Positions 9,379 through 19,722 of a stretch of DNA of 64,000 bases are shown one piece after another. The first letter of the stretch is position 1. Each line of letters begins with the position of its first letter. Below the pieces are notes generated by a model. That model was not told where the DNA came from, did not search any database, and saw only the letters and a program-made list of their open reading frames with translations. The DNA is from Alphaproteobacteria bacterium. Its GTDB lineage: Bacteria; Pseudomonadota; Alphaproteobacteria; Caulobacterales; Hyphomonadaceae. Made by a program: the position numbers and the translations under genes. The DNA lies in NCBI GenBank assembly GCA_018830285.1, contig JAHJSB010000012.1, positions 11,433-75,432 on the forward strand. Direction: 5' to 3'.

Positions 9379-9966
9379 ATGAAGCGATTGACAGCGATTT
9401 GCGCCCTATTCCTGCTTGCGGCTGCTCCAGCGCATGCCAAGAACATCAATGCGTCCGGCGCTGTGCGGACAGACCTGCTCAGCCGGGCGCTTGACGCGCA
9501 GAAAATGCATGCAAATGAGACCAAGGATACCGGCCGCCTTGTGATTGTCGATTATTCGCGGCATTCGAAGGATGAACGCCTGTTTGTCGTGAACCTTGAG
9601 AGCGGTGACGTGACAGCCTATCGCGCGGCGCATGGACGTGGCTCCGACATGGATCATGACGGCTATCTTGACCGGTTTTCCGACGAGCCTGGCTCAAGCG
9701 CGAGCCCGGAAGGGGCGTTGGTCATTGCGGAACAATACAGAGGCAAGCACGGCCTGAGCCTGCGCCTGGACGGGCTGGATGAGACGGGCAAGTCGTCGCG
9801 CGACCGGGCCATCGTGATTCATGCCGCCGACTACGCCGAACCGGATTTCCTGTCCCGCTTCGGCAAGCTTGGCCGCTCCAATGGCTGTATCGTGTTCTCG
9901 AAAGCCGACCTGAAACGCTTCCTCGCGGATGTGCCCAAGGGCACGCTCATGTTCGTGAGCCGCTAG
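9379..9966 (+). CDS. Murein L,D-transpeptidase catalytic domain protein (YkuD_2-like)
   Basis: Signal peptide; IVDYS, AHGRGS, RAIVIHAADY and catalytic GRSNGC motifs. Confidence 0.88.
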   Translation: MKRLTAICALFLLAAAPAHAKNINASGAVRTDLLSRALDAQKMHANETKDTGRLVIVDYSRHSKDERLFVVNLESGDVTAYRAAHGRGSDMDHDGYLDRFSDEPGSSASPEGALVIAEQYRGKHGLSLRLDGLDETGKSSRDRAIVIHAADYAEPDFLSRFGKLGRSNGCIVFSKADLKRFLADVPKGTLMFVSR

Positions 9967-11258
9967 TCCGGTTTCAGCGCCCGCCAGCCGATGTCTCGGC
10001 GGCAGAAGCCTTCCGGCCAGTCGATACGATCCACGCCCGCATAGGCACGGGTGATGGCTTCTTCGAGCGTTGATCCTGAGGCCGTGACGTTGAGGACGCG
10101 TCCGCCCATGGCGACTAACGCGCCTTCGGAATCGCGGTCGGTGCCTGCCTGGAAAACGGTGACGCCCGGCAGGTTGTTGGCGTCGGCCAGGCCATTGATG
10201 ACCGAACCTTTGGTGTAGCTGCCCGGATAGCCCGTATTGGCGAGCACGATTGTGGCGGTCGGATCGAAACGCTCAAGTTCCAGCAGGGATTCGAATGCGT
10301 CCTCATTTCCCATCAGGCCGCCGGTCGCCGATGCGAGAATGGCGGGGACAATGTCGCCGGCCAGCCCTTTCATCAGGGCCTGGCATTCCGGGTCACCGAA
10401 GCGGGCATTGAACTCTACGACCTTTGGTCCCTCATCCGTGACCATGACGCCGACATAGAGCACACCCTGATAGGGCATGCCATCGGCGGCCATGCCTGCC
10501 AGCATCGGCTCCACGATCTCGGCCTTGATGCGGTCCATCACGGCTTGGGTTACGACCGGTGCGGGAGCATAGGCACCCATGCCGCCAGTATTGGGGCCGG
10601 TGTCACCCTCGCCGACGCGCTTGTGATCCTGGGCGGCAGGCAGGTAGACCGCGCCCTGGCCATCGGTGATGACGAAAATGCTGGCTTCCTCGCCCTGCAT
10701 GAATTCCTCGATGATCAGCGTCGCCGACGCGCCGCCGAACTTGCCCGACAGCATATCGTCCACTTCGGCGTCAGCCTGTTCGAGGTTCTCGGCGATGACC
10801 ACGCCCTTGCCTGCAGCCAGTCCGTCGGCCTTCAGCACGTAAGGCGCTTCCATCGTGCGCAGGAAGGCCTTGGCGAGGCCCGGCGTCGTGAACTCGCCAT
10901 AGGCGGCGGTCGGAATGCCATAAGCTTTCATCCGGCCTTTGGAGAAGGCCTTGGAGGATTCCAGCTGGGCGGCGAGACGGCTCGGGCCGAACACGTCGAA
11001 CCCCCGGGCGCGCAGGATATCGGCGAGTCCGAGCGCGAGCGGCGCTTCGGGGCCAATCACCACGAGATCCGGCTCCACCTGCAGCGTCAGCTTGATGAGA
11101 TTGTCGATATCATCAACGGCGACATCGAAGCACGGGCCGATAACGTCCATGCCGGGATTGCCGGGCGTCGACTGGACCACGTCGACCAGGGGCGACTGGT
11201 CCATCTTCCAGGCCAAGGCGTGTTCGCGCCCGCCGGAACCAATGAGGAGGATGTTCAT
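9963..11258 (-). CDS. purD: Phosphoribosylamine-glycine ligase
   Basis: MNILLIGSGGREHAL, KADGLAAGKGV, QDHKR, GPNTGGMG, EFNARFGDPE. Confidence 0.98.
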   Translation of the reverse strand: MNILLIGSGGREHALAWKMDQSPLVDVVQSTPGNPGMDVIGPCFDVAVDDIDNLIKLTLQVEPDLVVIGPEAPLALGLADILRARGFDVFGPSRLAAQLESSKAFSKGRMKAYGIPTAAYGEFTTPGLAKAFLRTMEAPYVLKADGLAAGKGVVIAENLEQADAEVDDMLSGKFGGASATLIIEEFMQGEEASIFVITDGQGAVYLPAAQDHKRVGEGDTGPNTGGMGAYAPAPVVTQAVMDRIKAEIVEPMLAGMAADGMPYQGVLYVGVMVTDEGPKVVEFNARFGDPECQALMKGLAGDIVPAILASATGGLMGNEDAFESLLELERFDPTATIVLANTGYPGSYTKGSVINGLADANNLPGVTVFQAGTDRDSEGALVAMGGRVLNVTASGSTLEEAITRAYAGVDRIDWPEGFCRRDIGWRALKPD

Positions 11259-11305
11259 GGGATTTGGCCCCTCGCCTGCTGCTTTCCAGTCGCTATAAAG
11301 GCTGG

Positions 11306-12709
11306 ATGTCCGACTCGCCAGTCTCCAATGACCACGCCGTCACCGTCTCGGAGCTCGCCGCGAGCCTGAAGCGGACGATTGAATCGAATTTCGACCATGT
11401 TGTCGTGCGCGGCGAACTGGGCCGTGTGACCATTGCCCGGTCCGGGCATATGTATGCCGACATCAAGGACGAGAAGGCGGTTCTCAATACGATCATGTGG
11501 AAGGGGCAGGTCGACAAGCTGCCCTTCCGGCCGGAAGAAGGCCTCGAAGTGATCGCGACCGGGCGCCTGTCGATCTATGAGGGACGCTCGAACTACCAGC
11601 TGATTGCCAGTTCCATGCGGCCTGCCGGCGCGGGCGCGCTGATGCAGCTGCTGGAAGAGCGCAAGAAGAAGCTGGCCGCCGAGGGCCTGTTCGATGCAGG
11701 CCACAAAAAGAAGCTGCCCTACCTGCCCCGCACGATCGGTGTGATCACAAGCCCGACCGGGGCGGTGATCCGGGATATCCTCCACCGCATCCAGGACCGT
11801 TTCCCTGTGCGCGTGATCGTATGGCCTGCGCTTGTTCAGGGCGATGCAGCGGCAGCGCAGGTGACCGCAGGCATCAAGGGCTTCAACGCAATGACCGGCG
11901 ACGACCGGCCCGACGTACTGATCGTGGCGCGCGGCGGCGGATCGATCGAAGACCTCTGGCCGTTCAACGAGGAAATTGTTGTTCGCGCGGCGTTCGAGAG
12001 TGAGATTCCGCTGATTTCCGCTGTCGGGCACGAAACAGACACGACGCTGATCGACTATGTGTCGGATGCGCGCGCGCCGACGCCGACCGGAGCGGCCGAG
12101 ATTGCCGTGCCGGTGCGCAGCGAACTGTTGCTGAACATCGAAGAGAATGGCGGACGCCTGAAGCGCGCCCTGGCGCGGCGGACGGCACGATCGCGAGATG
12201 CGCTGCGCGCCACACGCCTGCCGCGGCCCGAAACGCTGCTGCAATCGAAACGCCAGCGTCTGGACTATGCCGCGGCCAGCCTGCCACGCGCGGCGCGGGC
12301 GCTGATCGAGCGGAGCCGGTCGCGACTGGCTGCTGCGCAAGTCAGCCCGGCGGGCCTGAAGGCGGACATCAGACGATCGCGGCAGAGCCTGAGGGAAACA
12401 GCGGTGCGGGCGCGCCCTGCCCTGATGCGGCTGATCGAGCGGCGCAAAGTGTCGCTGGAGTCGCAAGGCAAGCTGCTCGAGACCCTGTCTTATCACGCAA
12501 CGCTGAGCCGGGGCTTTGCCATGGTGCGCAGCGAGGACGGCAAGCTGATCCGGTCGGCGGACGTGGCGGCGAGCGCCGCGGCATTCACGGTGAGTTTCTC
12601 GGATGGCGATGTGATGGCTGCGCCGCTGGACGGGCCGCCCCCGCCTGTGAGTTCCGCGCCCAAAACGAAGAAAGCCCCGACCAAGGCTGGTCAGGGCTCT
12701 CTGTTCTAG
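11306..12709 (+). CDS. xseA: Exodeoxyribonuclease VII large subunit
   Basis: N-terminal OB fold (SGHMYADIKD), ITSPTGAVIRDI, ARGGGSIEDL, SAVGHETD; divergent from purD. Confidence 0.97.
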   Translation: MSDSPVSNDHAVTVSELAASLKRTIESNFDHVVVRGELGRVTIARSGHMYADIKDEKAVLNTIMWKGQVDKLPFRPEEGLEVIATGRLSIYEGRSNYQLIASSMRPAGAGALMQLLEERKKKLAAEGLFDAGHKKKLPYLPRTIGVITSPTGAVIRDILHRIQDRFPVRVIVWPALVQGDAAAAQVTAGIKGFNAMTGDDRPDVLIVARGGGSIEDLWPFNEEIVVRAAFESEIPLISAVGHETDTTLIDYVSDARAPTPTGAAEIAVPVRSELLLNIEENGGRLKRALARRTARSRDALRATRLPRPETLLQSKRQRLDYAAASLPRAARALIERSRSRLAAAQVSPAGLKADIRRSRQSLRETAVRARPALMRLIERRKVSLESQGKLLETLSYHATLSRGFAMVRSEDGKLIRSADVAASAAAFTVSFSDGDVMAAPLDGPPPPVSSAPKTKKAPTKAGQGSLF

Positions 12710-12724
12710 TTCGCTCAGGCCAGC

Positions 12725-12937
12725 CTAGACGCCCGCGATGTCTTCCTGCAGGACCGTCATCTGGAACTGGTAGGATGTCTCGCCTTCGTCGACATCCTTG
12801 TAGACCAGCGCGATGAACTCAGCGCCGAGATAGACCTCAACGGAATCAGAGGTCTTGTCGCGCGCCAGCAGGCGCAGGCCCGGATGCAGTTTCTCTTTCA
12901 GGTACGCCTCAAGACGCAGTGTTTCTTCACGTTCCAT
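12725..12937 (-). CDS. DUF3126 family protein
   Basis: 70 aa with SVEVYLGAEFIALVYKDVDEGETSYQF; sits downstream of cysE, the usual alphaproteobacterial arrangement. Confidence 0.85.
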   Translation of the reverse strand: MEREETLRLEAYLKEKLHPGLRLLARDKTSDSVEVYLGAEFIALVYKDVDEGETSYQFQMTVLQEDIAGV

Positions 12938-13036
12938 GACGCATGCTCCTTCGTAATTCAGCGGCGCAACCTAGTCTTTTTCTTTTGCAGCGCAACAGCG
13001 ACACCTGCAATCGGCTGCGCGCCCGTTGCAGCGCGC

Positions 13037-13861
13037 CTATTTGGCCATGTCGTCAGGGATGTTCTGATCCATCGTCTTGGCCGGCTGACAACAGAGCGGC
13101 TGACCGACGATCCTGGCCGGTACGCCTGCGACCGTGCAATGAGCAGGGACGTCCTTGAGCACCACGCTGCCGGCGGCCACTTTGGCTTCGTCACCGATGG
13201 TGATGTTGCCCAGGACCTTCGCACCGACAGAGACGAGCACGCCGCGCCCGATTTTCGGGTGGCGGTCGCCGACTTCCTTGCCTGTCCCGCCCAGCGTTAC
13301 GCCCTGCATGATCGAGCAGCCATCACCGACGACTGTGGTTTCCCCGATCGTGATCGCGGTCGCATGGTCGAGCATGACGCCGGTACCGATGCGCGCGGCG
13401 GGGTGAATGTCGACACCGAACAGTTCCGAGGCGATGCCCTGGAAGTGGAAGGCAAGCGACTCCCTGCCCTGCCTCCACAGGACATGGGCGACGCGGTGCG
13501 TCTGGAGCGCGAGGAAACCCTTGAAGAACAGGAACGGCTGCAACATGCCGCGGCAAGCAGGGTCGCGTTCAAGCACGGCCTGCATGTCCGCCTCGGCGGC
13601 CACCAGAAGCGACGGGTCGGAATCATAGGCTGTCGACAGGATGTGGCGGACCTGAAGCGTGCCCATGACGGGGCCACCCAGTTTTTCAGCGAGGTGGTAA
13701 GACAGCGCCTGGCACAGCGTGGAGTGGGCCAGGATGGCTGCATTGATATAGCTGGCCAGCGTCGGTTCTTCCGCCGCAGCCGCAGCGGCCTCGAAGCGCA
13801 GCCGGCTCCAGGCAGGTGGCGGGGCACCGATATCAGGGTTTACTACCATTCCAGCCTCCAT
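13037..13861 (-). CDS. cysE: Serine O-acetyltransferase
   Basis: VLERDPAC, KGFLALQTHR, VDIHPAARIG, LDHAT, GGTGKEVGDRHPKIG; exact start uncertain. Confidence 0.97.
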   Translation of the reverse strand: MEAGMVVNPDIGAPPPAWSRLRFEAAAAAAEEPTLASYINAAILAHSTLCQALSYHLAEKLGGPVMGTLQVRHILSTAYDSDPSLLVAAEADMQAVLERDPACRGMLQPFLFFKGFLALQTHRVAHVLWRQGRESLAFHFQGIASELFGVDIHPAARIGTGVMLDHATAITIGETTVVGDGCSIMQGVTLGGTGKEVGDRHPKIGRGVLVSVGAKVLGNITIGDEAKVAAGSVVLKDVPAHCTVAGVPARIVGQPLCCQPAKTMDQNIPDDMAK

Positions 13862-13932
13862 CAGAATTTGGCTTCCTAGCCACATGGGCGGCAGATTGCC
13901 GCGTATCAAGTTCCAACACGCTCACAATTGCC

Positions 13933-16900
13933 TCATTCCGCAGGGACTCGCCGCCGACCGAACAGGTGAATCAGTGTTTTTCGTATGGGTTTCAGAGTCA
14001 TGATCCGGAACACGGCTGGCGTGAAGTAGAGCGCCAAGAGGGCCGATCCGGCGACACCGCCTGAAATTCCGGCTGCCAGCGGCATCCAGAAAGAGTCCCC
14101 TGACAGGAGGATGGGAATGAATCCGCCCATGGTCGTGAGCGTGGTGGCGACGATGTGGCGGGTGGCGTCCACAACGATCTCGCGCTGCGCGATCACGTCA
14201 TCGGCCATGGCAGCCGGACTGGCCTTTAGCAGCGACAAGACAACGATGGAACTGTTGATGGCGATGCCCAGCAAGCCCAGGCCACCGATGATCGCGTTGA
14301 AGCCGAATGGCAGGTTGAACAGCCAGACGCCGAAGAATGCGAGCCCCAGCGACAGGAATCCGGTCGTCAGGATCAGCAGCATCATGCGGAACGAGTTGAA
14401 GACGAGCATGATCGCACCGGCCATGACCAGAATAAGGGGAATACCGACCCCGGCCAGGTTGCCGATTGCCTCGCCTGAGTTTTCCGCCTCGCCGCCAATA
14501 CGGATGGCATAGCCTGGCGGCAGTGTGAAATCACTGGCCTCGAGCCGGGCCTGGAAGTCAGCGAAGACCGGCGCCGGCAGCGTGTAGGGATCGAGATAGG
14601 CGAGGATCTGGTTCACCCGCTGACCGTCGCGGCGCGAGACCACAGCGGTCTTGGGATCAAGCGACATGGTGCCCAGCGCAGACAGGGGCGTGCCGTTACC
14701 GACAGTCATCGCCCGAAGGTCAGTCAGTGTGCCGCGGCGGTTGTCCGGACCAATGACAATAACGGGCAGTTCTTCGGTACCTTCCACGATGGAGCCCGCG
14801 CGGACCCCTTCCAGTTCGGCATTCATGGCTGACGCCAATTGGGTGAGACGCTGACCGGCAAGCGCCGAAGCGGATTCATCTGCTTTCAGGCTGACCGTCG
14901 GTGCGCCGAGTTCCAGCGACGCAACGGTGTAAGTCACGCCAGGCGTCTGCGCGAGGATCGTGCGGGCTTCATCGCCCAGACGGCCGAGGATATCAAAATC
15001 GTCGCCCATGATGGTAAAATCGATCGGGGCATCCGCAGGCGGGCCTTGCTCGAATGGCAAGGCGAGGAAGCGTGCGCCCGGGAATTCCGCGCGCATTTCG
15101 CTCTGGACCCTGGCAACAATCTCGTGCGTGCGCTGGTTGCCGTCCAACTGGACCCAGCCTGCGGCAAATCCTTCCACGCCTTCGGTATTATTGATCATGT
15201 TATAGTAGACGCGCGGCGATGGTTCACCCAGGACCCAGGTGACGGATTTCACGCCCTCCATCGCCTGGATAAGTTCGCTGGCATGCTTGGTCGACGCAAT
15301 CGTATCGGAGAGATTGGCTTCCGGTGGCAACTGCATCGTGATCTGGAACTGGTCACGTTCTGTCTGCGGAAAGAACTGCGATGGCAGCTGACCGACCAGG
15401 TAGAAACCCAGGATCGCCGGGGCGACAGCCAGACCGATACCGAGCGGCGGGAACCGCAAGACGGCCTCGATGGTTGCCCGATAGCCGTCGGAGATAAAAT
15501 CGACGGATACGCCATCGCGCCACCAGCGGCGCGGTCGTTTGTGGGCCCCCTTTTCCCAGCCTCGCGTGCGATCGAACCACCCCGCCATGGCCGGGATAAG
15601 CGTTACGGAAATCACAAAGGACGCGGTAATCGAATACACGACCGACAGACCGATCATGCCAATAAACTCGCCGGCGCCACCAGGCAGCAAGGCAATCGGG
15701 GCGAACGCCAATGCGGTGGTCAGAGTCGAGGCGGCCAGCGGTGCGAACAGATGGTTGAGACTTTTGTCGATGGCCTGCAGGCGCGTCGCCCCGCGCCCCC
15801 GCATCTGGTCAAAATCGTCCACGACCACGATCGCATTGTCGATCAACAGACCGAGTGAAATCACGAGGCCGGTGACCGACATCTGGTGCAGCGGATTGCC
15901 GAATACCTTGAACAGGATCAGGACGAGCGCAACGGTGAGCGGTATGGCCGAACCGACCACGAGTGCCGAGCGCCAGCCCATCGTGAAGAACAGAACGACG
16001 AACACGATACAGGCTGACATCAGAAGGTTCTTGGCGAGGCCGTTCAGTCGCGCATTGGTATATGTGCTCTGGTCGAACACCGTATCGATGCGCAGACCGG
16101 GCGGTGTGTCTACGGCGAAGTCCCGCACGACCTGGTGCGCGGTCTCGGCCCACTTGTCGACGCGTTGCCCCTCTGAAATGAACGCCGCCACGAAAATCGT
16201 GCGTTTGCCATTTTCGAGCGCCATCCGGACGGGTGGGTCTTCGAACCCTTTCTGGACTGTGGCGACGTCACTCACCCGCACCGCCGTCCCGTCAGGCCGT
16301 TGCAGCAGCGGCACGCTGCGAATGCGGGAAATATTGTCAAACTCGCCACCGACTTCGAGACCGATATTGCCGCCATCGGTGCGCAGGCGCCCGGCTGGTG
16401 TCTTGCTGTCTGCCGACGCGATAAGCGATGCGGCCTGACGAACGGTCAGGCCGGCTGCCGACAGCGCCTCCGGATCGACAACGATGCGGACTTCTTCGGC
16501 AGGCACGCCATACAGATCGGTCAATTCAGTGCCCGGGAGGCGCTGGAACCGGTCCTGAAGGTTGAGCGCCATGCGGCCCATAATGGCGAGAGGCGGATCG
16601 CCTTCACCCTCCCAGACAAGCCCGACCACCAGAGTGGCCGCACCGACATATTGTCGGTGGATATCGGGCGCATTGGTTCCCGGCGGGAATTTGGTCCTGG
16701 CGAATTCGACCTTCTGGCGGATCAGGGTCCAAGCATCATCGACCTCTGCTTCCGTAAGGTCGTCGCGGATATCCAGACTGACCTGCGATACACCCGGTCG
16801 CGAAACGGATTCCACTTCATCGACCTCGGGAAGTTCCATCAAAGCCGCTTCCAGTGGTTCGGTGACGAGCGCCTCCATACGCTCGGCGTCAGCGCCCGGA

Positions 16901-17046
16901 AGCGTGGTGAGCACGAATCCGTATCGCTCGACCAACGACGGATCTTCCTGACGGCCAAGCGAAAACATGGCGCCGAGGCCACCGATCAGGATGACCATCA
17001 TGATCAGGATGGTAAGGCGCGGAAGGCGGAAGAAAATCGTGAACAT
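13933..17046 (-). CDS. RND efflux transporter permease subunit (AcrB/AcrD/AcrF family)
   Basis: About 1038 aa with the two-repeat RND topology; PGADAERME, GLLIDNAIVVVD, TTLTTMGGFIP. Confidence 0.95.
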   Translation of the reverse strand: MFTIFFRLPRLTILIMMVILIGGLGAMFSLGRQEDPSLVERYGFVLTTLPGADAERMEALVTEPLEAALMELPEVDEVESVSRPGVSQVSLDIRDDLTEAEVDDAWTLIRQKVEFARTKFPPGTNAPDIHRQYVGAATLVVGLVWEGEGDPPLAIMGRMALNLQDRFQRLPGTELTDLYGVPAEEVRIVVDPEALSAAGLTVRQAASLIASADSKTPAGRLRTDGGNIGLEVGGEFDNISRIRSVPLLQRPDGTAVRVSDVATVQKGFEDPPVRMALENGKRTIFVAAFISEGQRVDKWAETAHQVVRDFAVDTPPGLRIDTVFDQSTYTNARLNGLAKNLLMSACIVFVVLFFTMGWRSALVVGSAIPLTVALVLILFKVFGNPLHQMSVTGLVISLGLLIDNAIVVVDDFDQMRGRGATRLQAIDKSLNHLFAPLAASTLTTALAFAPIALLPGGAGEFIGMIGLSVVYSITASFVISVTLIPAMAGWFDRTRGWEKGAHKRPRRWWRDGVSVDFISDGYRATIEAVLRFPPLGIGLAVAPAILGFYLVGQLPSQFFPQTERDQFQITMQLPPEANLSDTIASTKHASELIQAMEGVKSVTWVLGEPSPRVYYNMINNTEGVEGFAAGWVQLDGNQRTHEIVARVQSEMRAEFPGARFLALPFEQGPPADAPIDFTIMGDDFDILGRLGDEARTILAQTPGVTYTVASLELGAPTVSLKADESASALAGQRLTQLASAMNAELEGVRAGSIVEGTEELPVIVIGPDNRRGTLTDLRAMTVGNGTPLSALGTMSLDPKTAVVSRRDGQRVNQILAYLDPYTLPAPVFADFQARLEASDFTLPPGYAIRIGGEAENSGEAIGNLAGVGIPLILVMAGAIMLVFNSFRMMLLILTTGFLSLGLAFFGVWLFNLPFGFNAIIGGLGLLGIAINSSIVVLSLLKASPAAMADDVIAQREIVVDATRHIVATTLTTMGGFIPILLSGDSFWMPLAAGISGGVAGSALLALYFTPAVFRIMTLKPIRKTLIHLFGRRRVPAE

Positions 17047-17059
17047 GACGGCTGGGCCC

Positions 17060-18244
17060 TCAGCCTTCGTTGGGTGTAACTGCGCTGGTCGCATCGCGCG
17101 GCTCGACCGGCATGCCCGGCGCGATGCGCTGGAGCCCATCGACAATCACGCGTTCGCCTTCCTGCACAGGCCCGCGAACGAATCCGCGCCCGCCTTCAGA
17201 ATGCACCATCTCGACGGGTCGCGGTTCAGCGCGCCAGCCATGTTCCGACGGCGCGGCAACGAATACCGTCCATAGGCCCCGGGAGGCTGTCGACATGGCC
17301 TTCACAGGCACCCAGAAACCCGGCTCGTTGATCTCACGTTCCATCGAAAGCCGGACGACCGCGCCGACTGCGAGGTCGCCTGAATTCTCGATGTCGAACA
17401 TGGCCGCGACCGTGCGCCTGTCGGCATCAATCACGCCGGTGACGGAACGCAGTTTTGCCTCAACCGTGCCTGTATCGGCGACCAGCATGTATATTTCGCC
17501 CGGGATCAGTCGCGACGCGCTGATGGCCGGCAGGCCTATTCTTGCTTCGAGATGGCCTGCCTCTACCAATTCCAGTATCGGCGTTCCGGGAGCCGCGATC
17601 GCGCCCTCATCGACCATTCTTGCGGTGACAACTCCGTCAAATGGCGCCGTGATGCGCGCCAGATCGATCTGCACGCGCAAAGTGTCGGCCTGCGCCCTGG
17701 CGGCTTCGATGCGGGCCATGGACGTGTTCGCCTGGGCTTCGGCCTCATCGACCCTCTGTTGCGACACATGGCCCTGCAATTTGAGCGTTCGCTGGCGTTC
17801 GACCGTATTCAAGGCGAGAGAATGAGCCGCACGCGCCTCTTCAACCATCGCATCGGCCGACGCGAGCTGGGCACCTAGGCTGCGCGTGTCGAGGCGAGCC
17901 AGCGTCGCGCCCTGTTTGACCCGGTCGCCCACATCGGCACTCATGGACTGAATCCGGCCGCCGCTGGAAAAGCCGAGTTCGCTTTTGCGGCGCGCTTGCG
18001 CGAGCCCGCTGAAGGATTCGTCGATCCTGAATTCCTTGGCCAAGCGAACCGGCATCACGGACACGGTCAGCGGGTCGGGCTCGACGGTCGCGACTTTTGG
18101 TCCTTCGGGGCTGCGCAACTGGATTGCCGCGAACATCAGTCCTGCACCGAACAGGAACAGGATCACCAGAAAGGCAAGACCCTTCAGAAGGGTCGGGCGC
18201 TTCTCGCGGGCCTCGTCGCCCTGATAGTCATCGGAAGGCGTCAT
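17060..18244 (-). CDS. RND periplasmic adaptor (membrane fusion) subunit
   Basis: N-terminal TM; lipoyl-like VGDRVKQGATLARLD, alpha hairpin, ITAPFDGVV, GERVIVDG. Confidence 0.93.
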   Translation of the reverse strand: MTPSDDYQGDEAREKRPTLLKGLAFLVILFLFGAGLMFAAIQLRSPEGPKVATVEPDPLTVSVMPVRLAKEFRIDESFSGLAQARRKSELGFSSGGRIQSMSADVGDRVKQGATLARLDTRSLGAQLASADAMVEEARAAHSLALNTVERQRTLKLQGHVSQQRVDEAEAQANTSMARIEAARAQADTLRVQIDLARITAPFDGVVTARMVDEGAIAAPGTPILELVEAGHLEARIGLPAISASRLIPGEIYMLVADTGTVEAKLRSVTGVIDADRRTVAAMFDIENSGDLAVGAVVRLSMEREINEPGFWVPVKAMSTASRGLWTVFVAAPSEHGWRAEPRPVEMVHSEGGRGFVRGPVQEGERVIVDGLQRIAPGMPVEPRDATSAVTPNEG

Positions 18245-18249
18245 GGTTG

Positions 18250-18948
18250 TTAGTCCTCAGGGGTGGAATCAAAGTGCCGCGCCTCGCCGGACCATTGCAG
18301 TCCCCGGAAAACGAGGTCGGCGTGGAAGGCGATGAAGGCGCTCGCTGAAACGGGCTGGTCGGTGGGCAGAAGTGCCGGGAAGTGCGGCAGGTGCGTCATC
18401 AATTGCGCCAGGCCGTGGGACGCCGCCCATACGGATTTCGCGGACAGATAAGGGTCGAGTTCCGGGTCGAATACGCCGAGTGACTGGCCTTCGCGCACCA
18501 TGTCGACAAGGACGCCGAAGGCGCGCCCCTTGTAGGATTTCGAGAACGCTTCCCAATCCTTTGTTTGTACCGGTACGGGCGCACCCTGAACGTTCGAAAA
18601 CGCGGCAGCATAGTGGTGCGGACGCTCCATCGCAGTGACGATATAGGTTGTGACGCATGCCCGCCCGCGTTCGGAGAAAGGCGCATCGGCGCAGGATATC
18701 TTGCCGACACGAGACAGGAGGCGTTCGAAGAAAACCTCCTTGAGTTCGTCGATCAATTCCTCCTTGGAACCGAAATACTTGTAGATGGCGGACGGCGAGT
18801 AATCGATCTCTTCTGCCAGACGCCGGATCGAGAGCCCCGCCTCGCCTTCTTTCGCAAAGACGCGCTCAGCGGCTTCGATGATCGCGCCGCGCACTTTAAG
18901 TCGGCGGCGTTCTGCGGGTGAGGGCTCAAGGGACAGATCAGTTGGCAT
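18250..18948 (-). CDS. TetR/AcrR family transcriptional regulator (WHG-type C-terminus)
   Basis: HTH LSIRRLAEEIDYSPSAIYKYFGSKEEL; C-terminal WAASHGL; first gene of the RND operon. Confidence 0.95.
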   Translation of the reverse strand: MPTDLSLEPSPAERRRLKVRGAIIEAAERVFAKEGEAGLSIRRLAEEIDYSPSAIYKYFGSKEELIDELKEVFFERLLSRVGKISCADAPFSERGRACVTTYIVTAMERPHHYAAAFSNVQGAPVPVQTKDWEAFSKSYKGRAFGVLVDMVREGQSLGVFDPELDPYLSAKSVWAASHGLAQLMTHLPHFPALLPTDQPVSASAFIAFHADLVFRGLQWSGEARHFDSTPED

Positions 18949-18964
18949 GAGGCGTCAGATACCG

Positions 18965-18997
18965 CTGAAACACGTTCAGAAAGTGAACACTGTTCAC
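18965..18997. promoter_or_regulatory. Tandem palindromic operator candidates for the TetR regulator
   Basis: CTGAA-ACACG-TTCAG (18965-18979) and GTGAACA-C-TGTTCAC (18983-18997), 17-49 bp upstream of the tetR start. Confidence 0.65.
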
Positions 18998-19084
18998 CAA
19001 ATTAGTCCTGTCCCACTGTCCGGGCAAGCAGAAACATCGCGAGACGCCTCTTTCGGCGGCGCGGCGGGCTGGCTATGTACTGGC

Positions 19085-19720
19085 ATGGCAAATCGTTTCC
19101 CCCCCGCCCCGCCCGTTGGCACGACCATGCTGCCTGCTCGTCCGAGCGCCGAAGCCCGCGCCCTGCTCGCGTTGCGCCGCTCCGCCAGCAAGCACCACCT
19201 GACTGAGCCTGGCCCTTCGCCGGAGTCTCTCGATGAATTGTTGCGTGTGGCCGCCCGCGTGCCGGACCACCGGAAGCTTTCACCGTGGCGGTTCATCGTT
19301 TTCGAAGGCGATGCGCGCATGTCGTTCGGCAAGGAACTGGCCCGGATTCACGATGCGAACACGCCGGATGCTGAATCCAAGGATGTGCTGGAAGCCGCTG
19401 GCCTGCCACTTCGCGCACCCGTCATGGTGGCCGTGATTTCATCACCCGATCCTGCGCACAAGACGCCGGTCTGGGAGCAGGAACTCTCGGCAGGCGCGGT
19501 CTGCCACAACCTGCTGCTCGCGGCGAACGCGGCCGGTTGGGCCGGGGTCTGGCTATCCGAGTGGATGGCGTTCGACGCGGACGTCGCCAAGACGCTCGGC
19601 CTGACCGATGGCGAACGTGTGGCCGGCTTTATCTATCTCGGCACGGCGACGATGGGATGTCCGGAGCGCCCACGGGCGAACATGCGCGAAAAGATCACTC
19701 GCTGGACCGCTCCGGCCTGA
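19085..19720 (+). CDS. Nitroreductase family protein (YdjA-like)
   Basis: RRS, RVPDHRKLSPWRF, LRAPVMVAV, WEQELSAGAVCHNLLLAANAAG. Confidence 0.92.
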   Translation: MANRFPPAPPVGTTMLPARPSAEARALLALRRSASKHHLTEPGPSPESLDELLRVAARVPDHRKLSPWRFIVFEGDARMSFGKELARIHDANTPDAESKDVLEAAGLPLRAPVMVAVISSPDPAHKTPVWEQELSAGAVCHNLLLAANAAGWAGVWLSEWMAFDADVAKTLGLTDGERVAGFIYLGTATMGCPERPRANMREKITRWTAPA

Positions 19721-19722
19721 GT

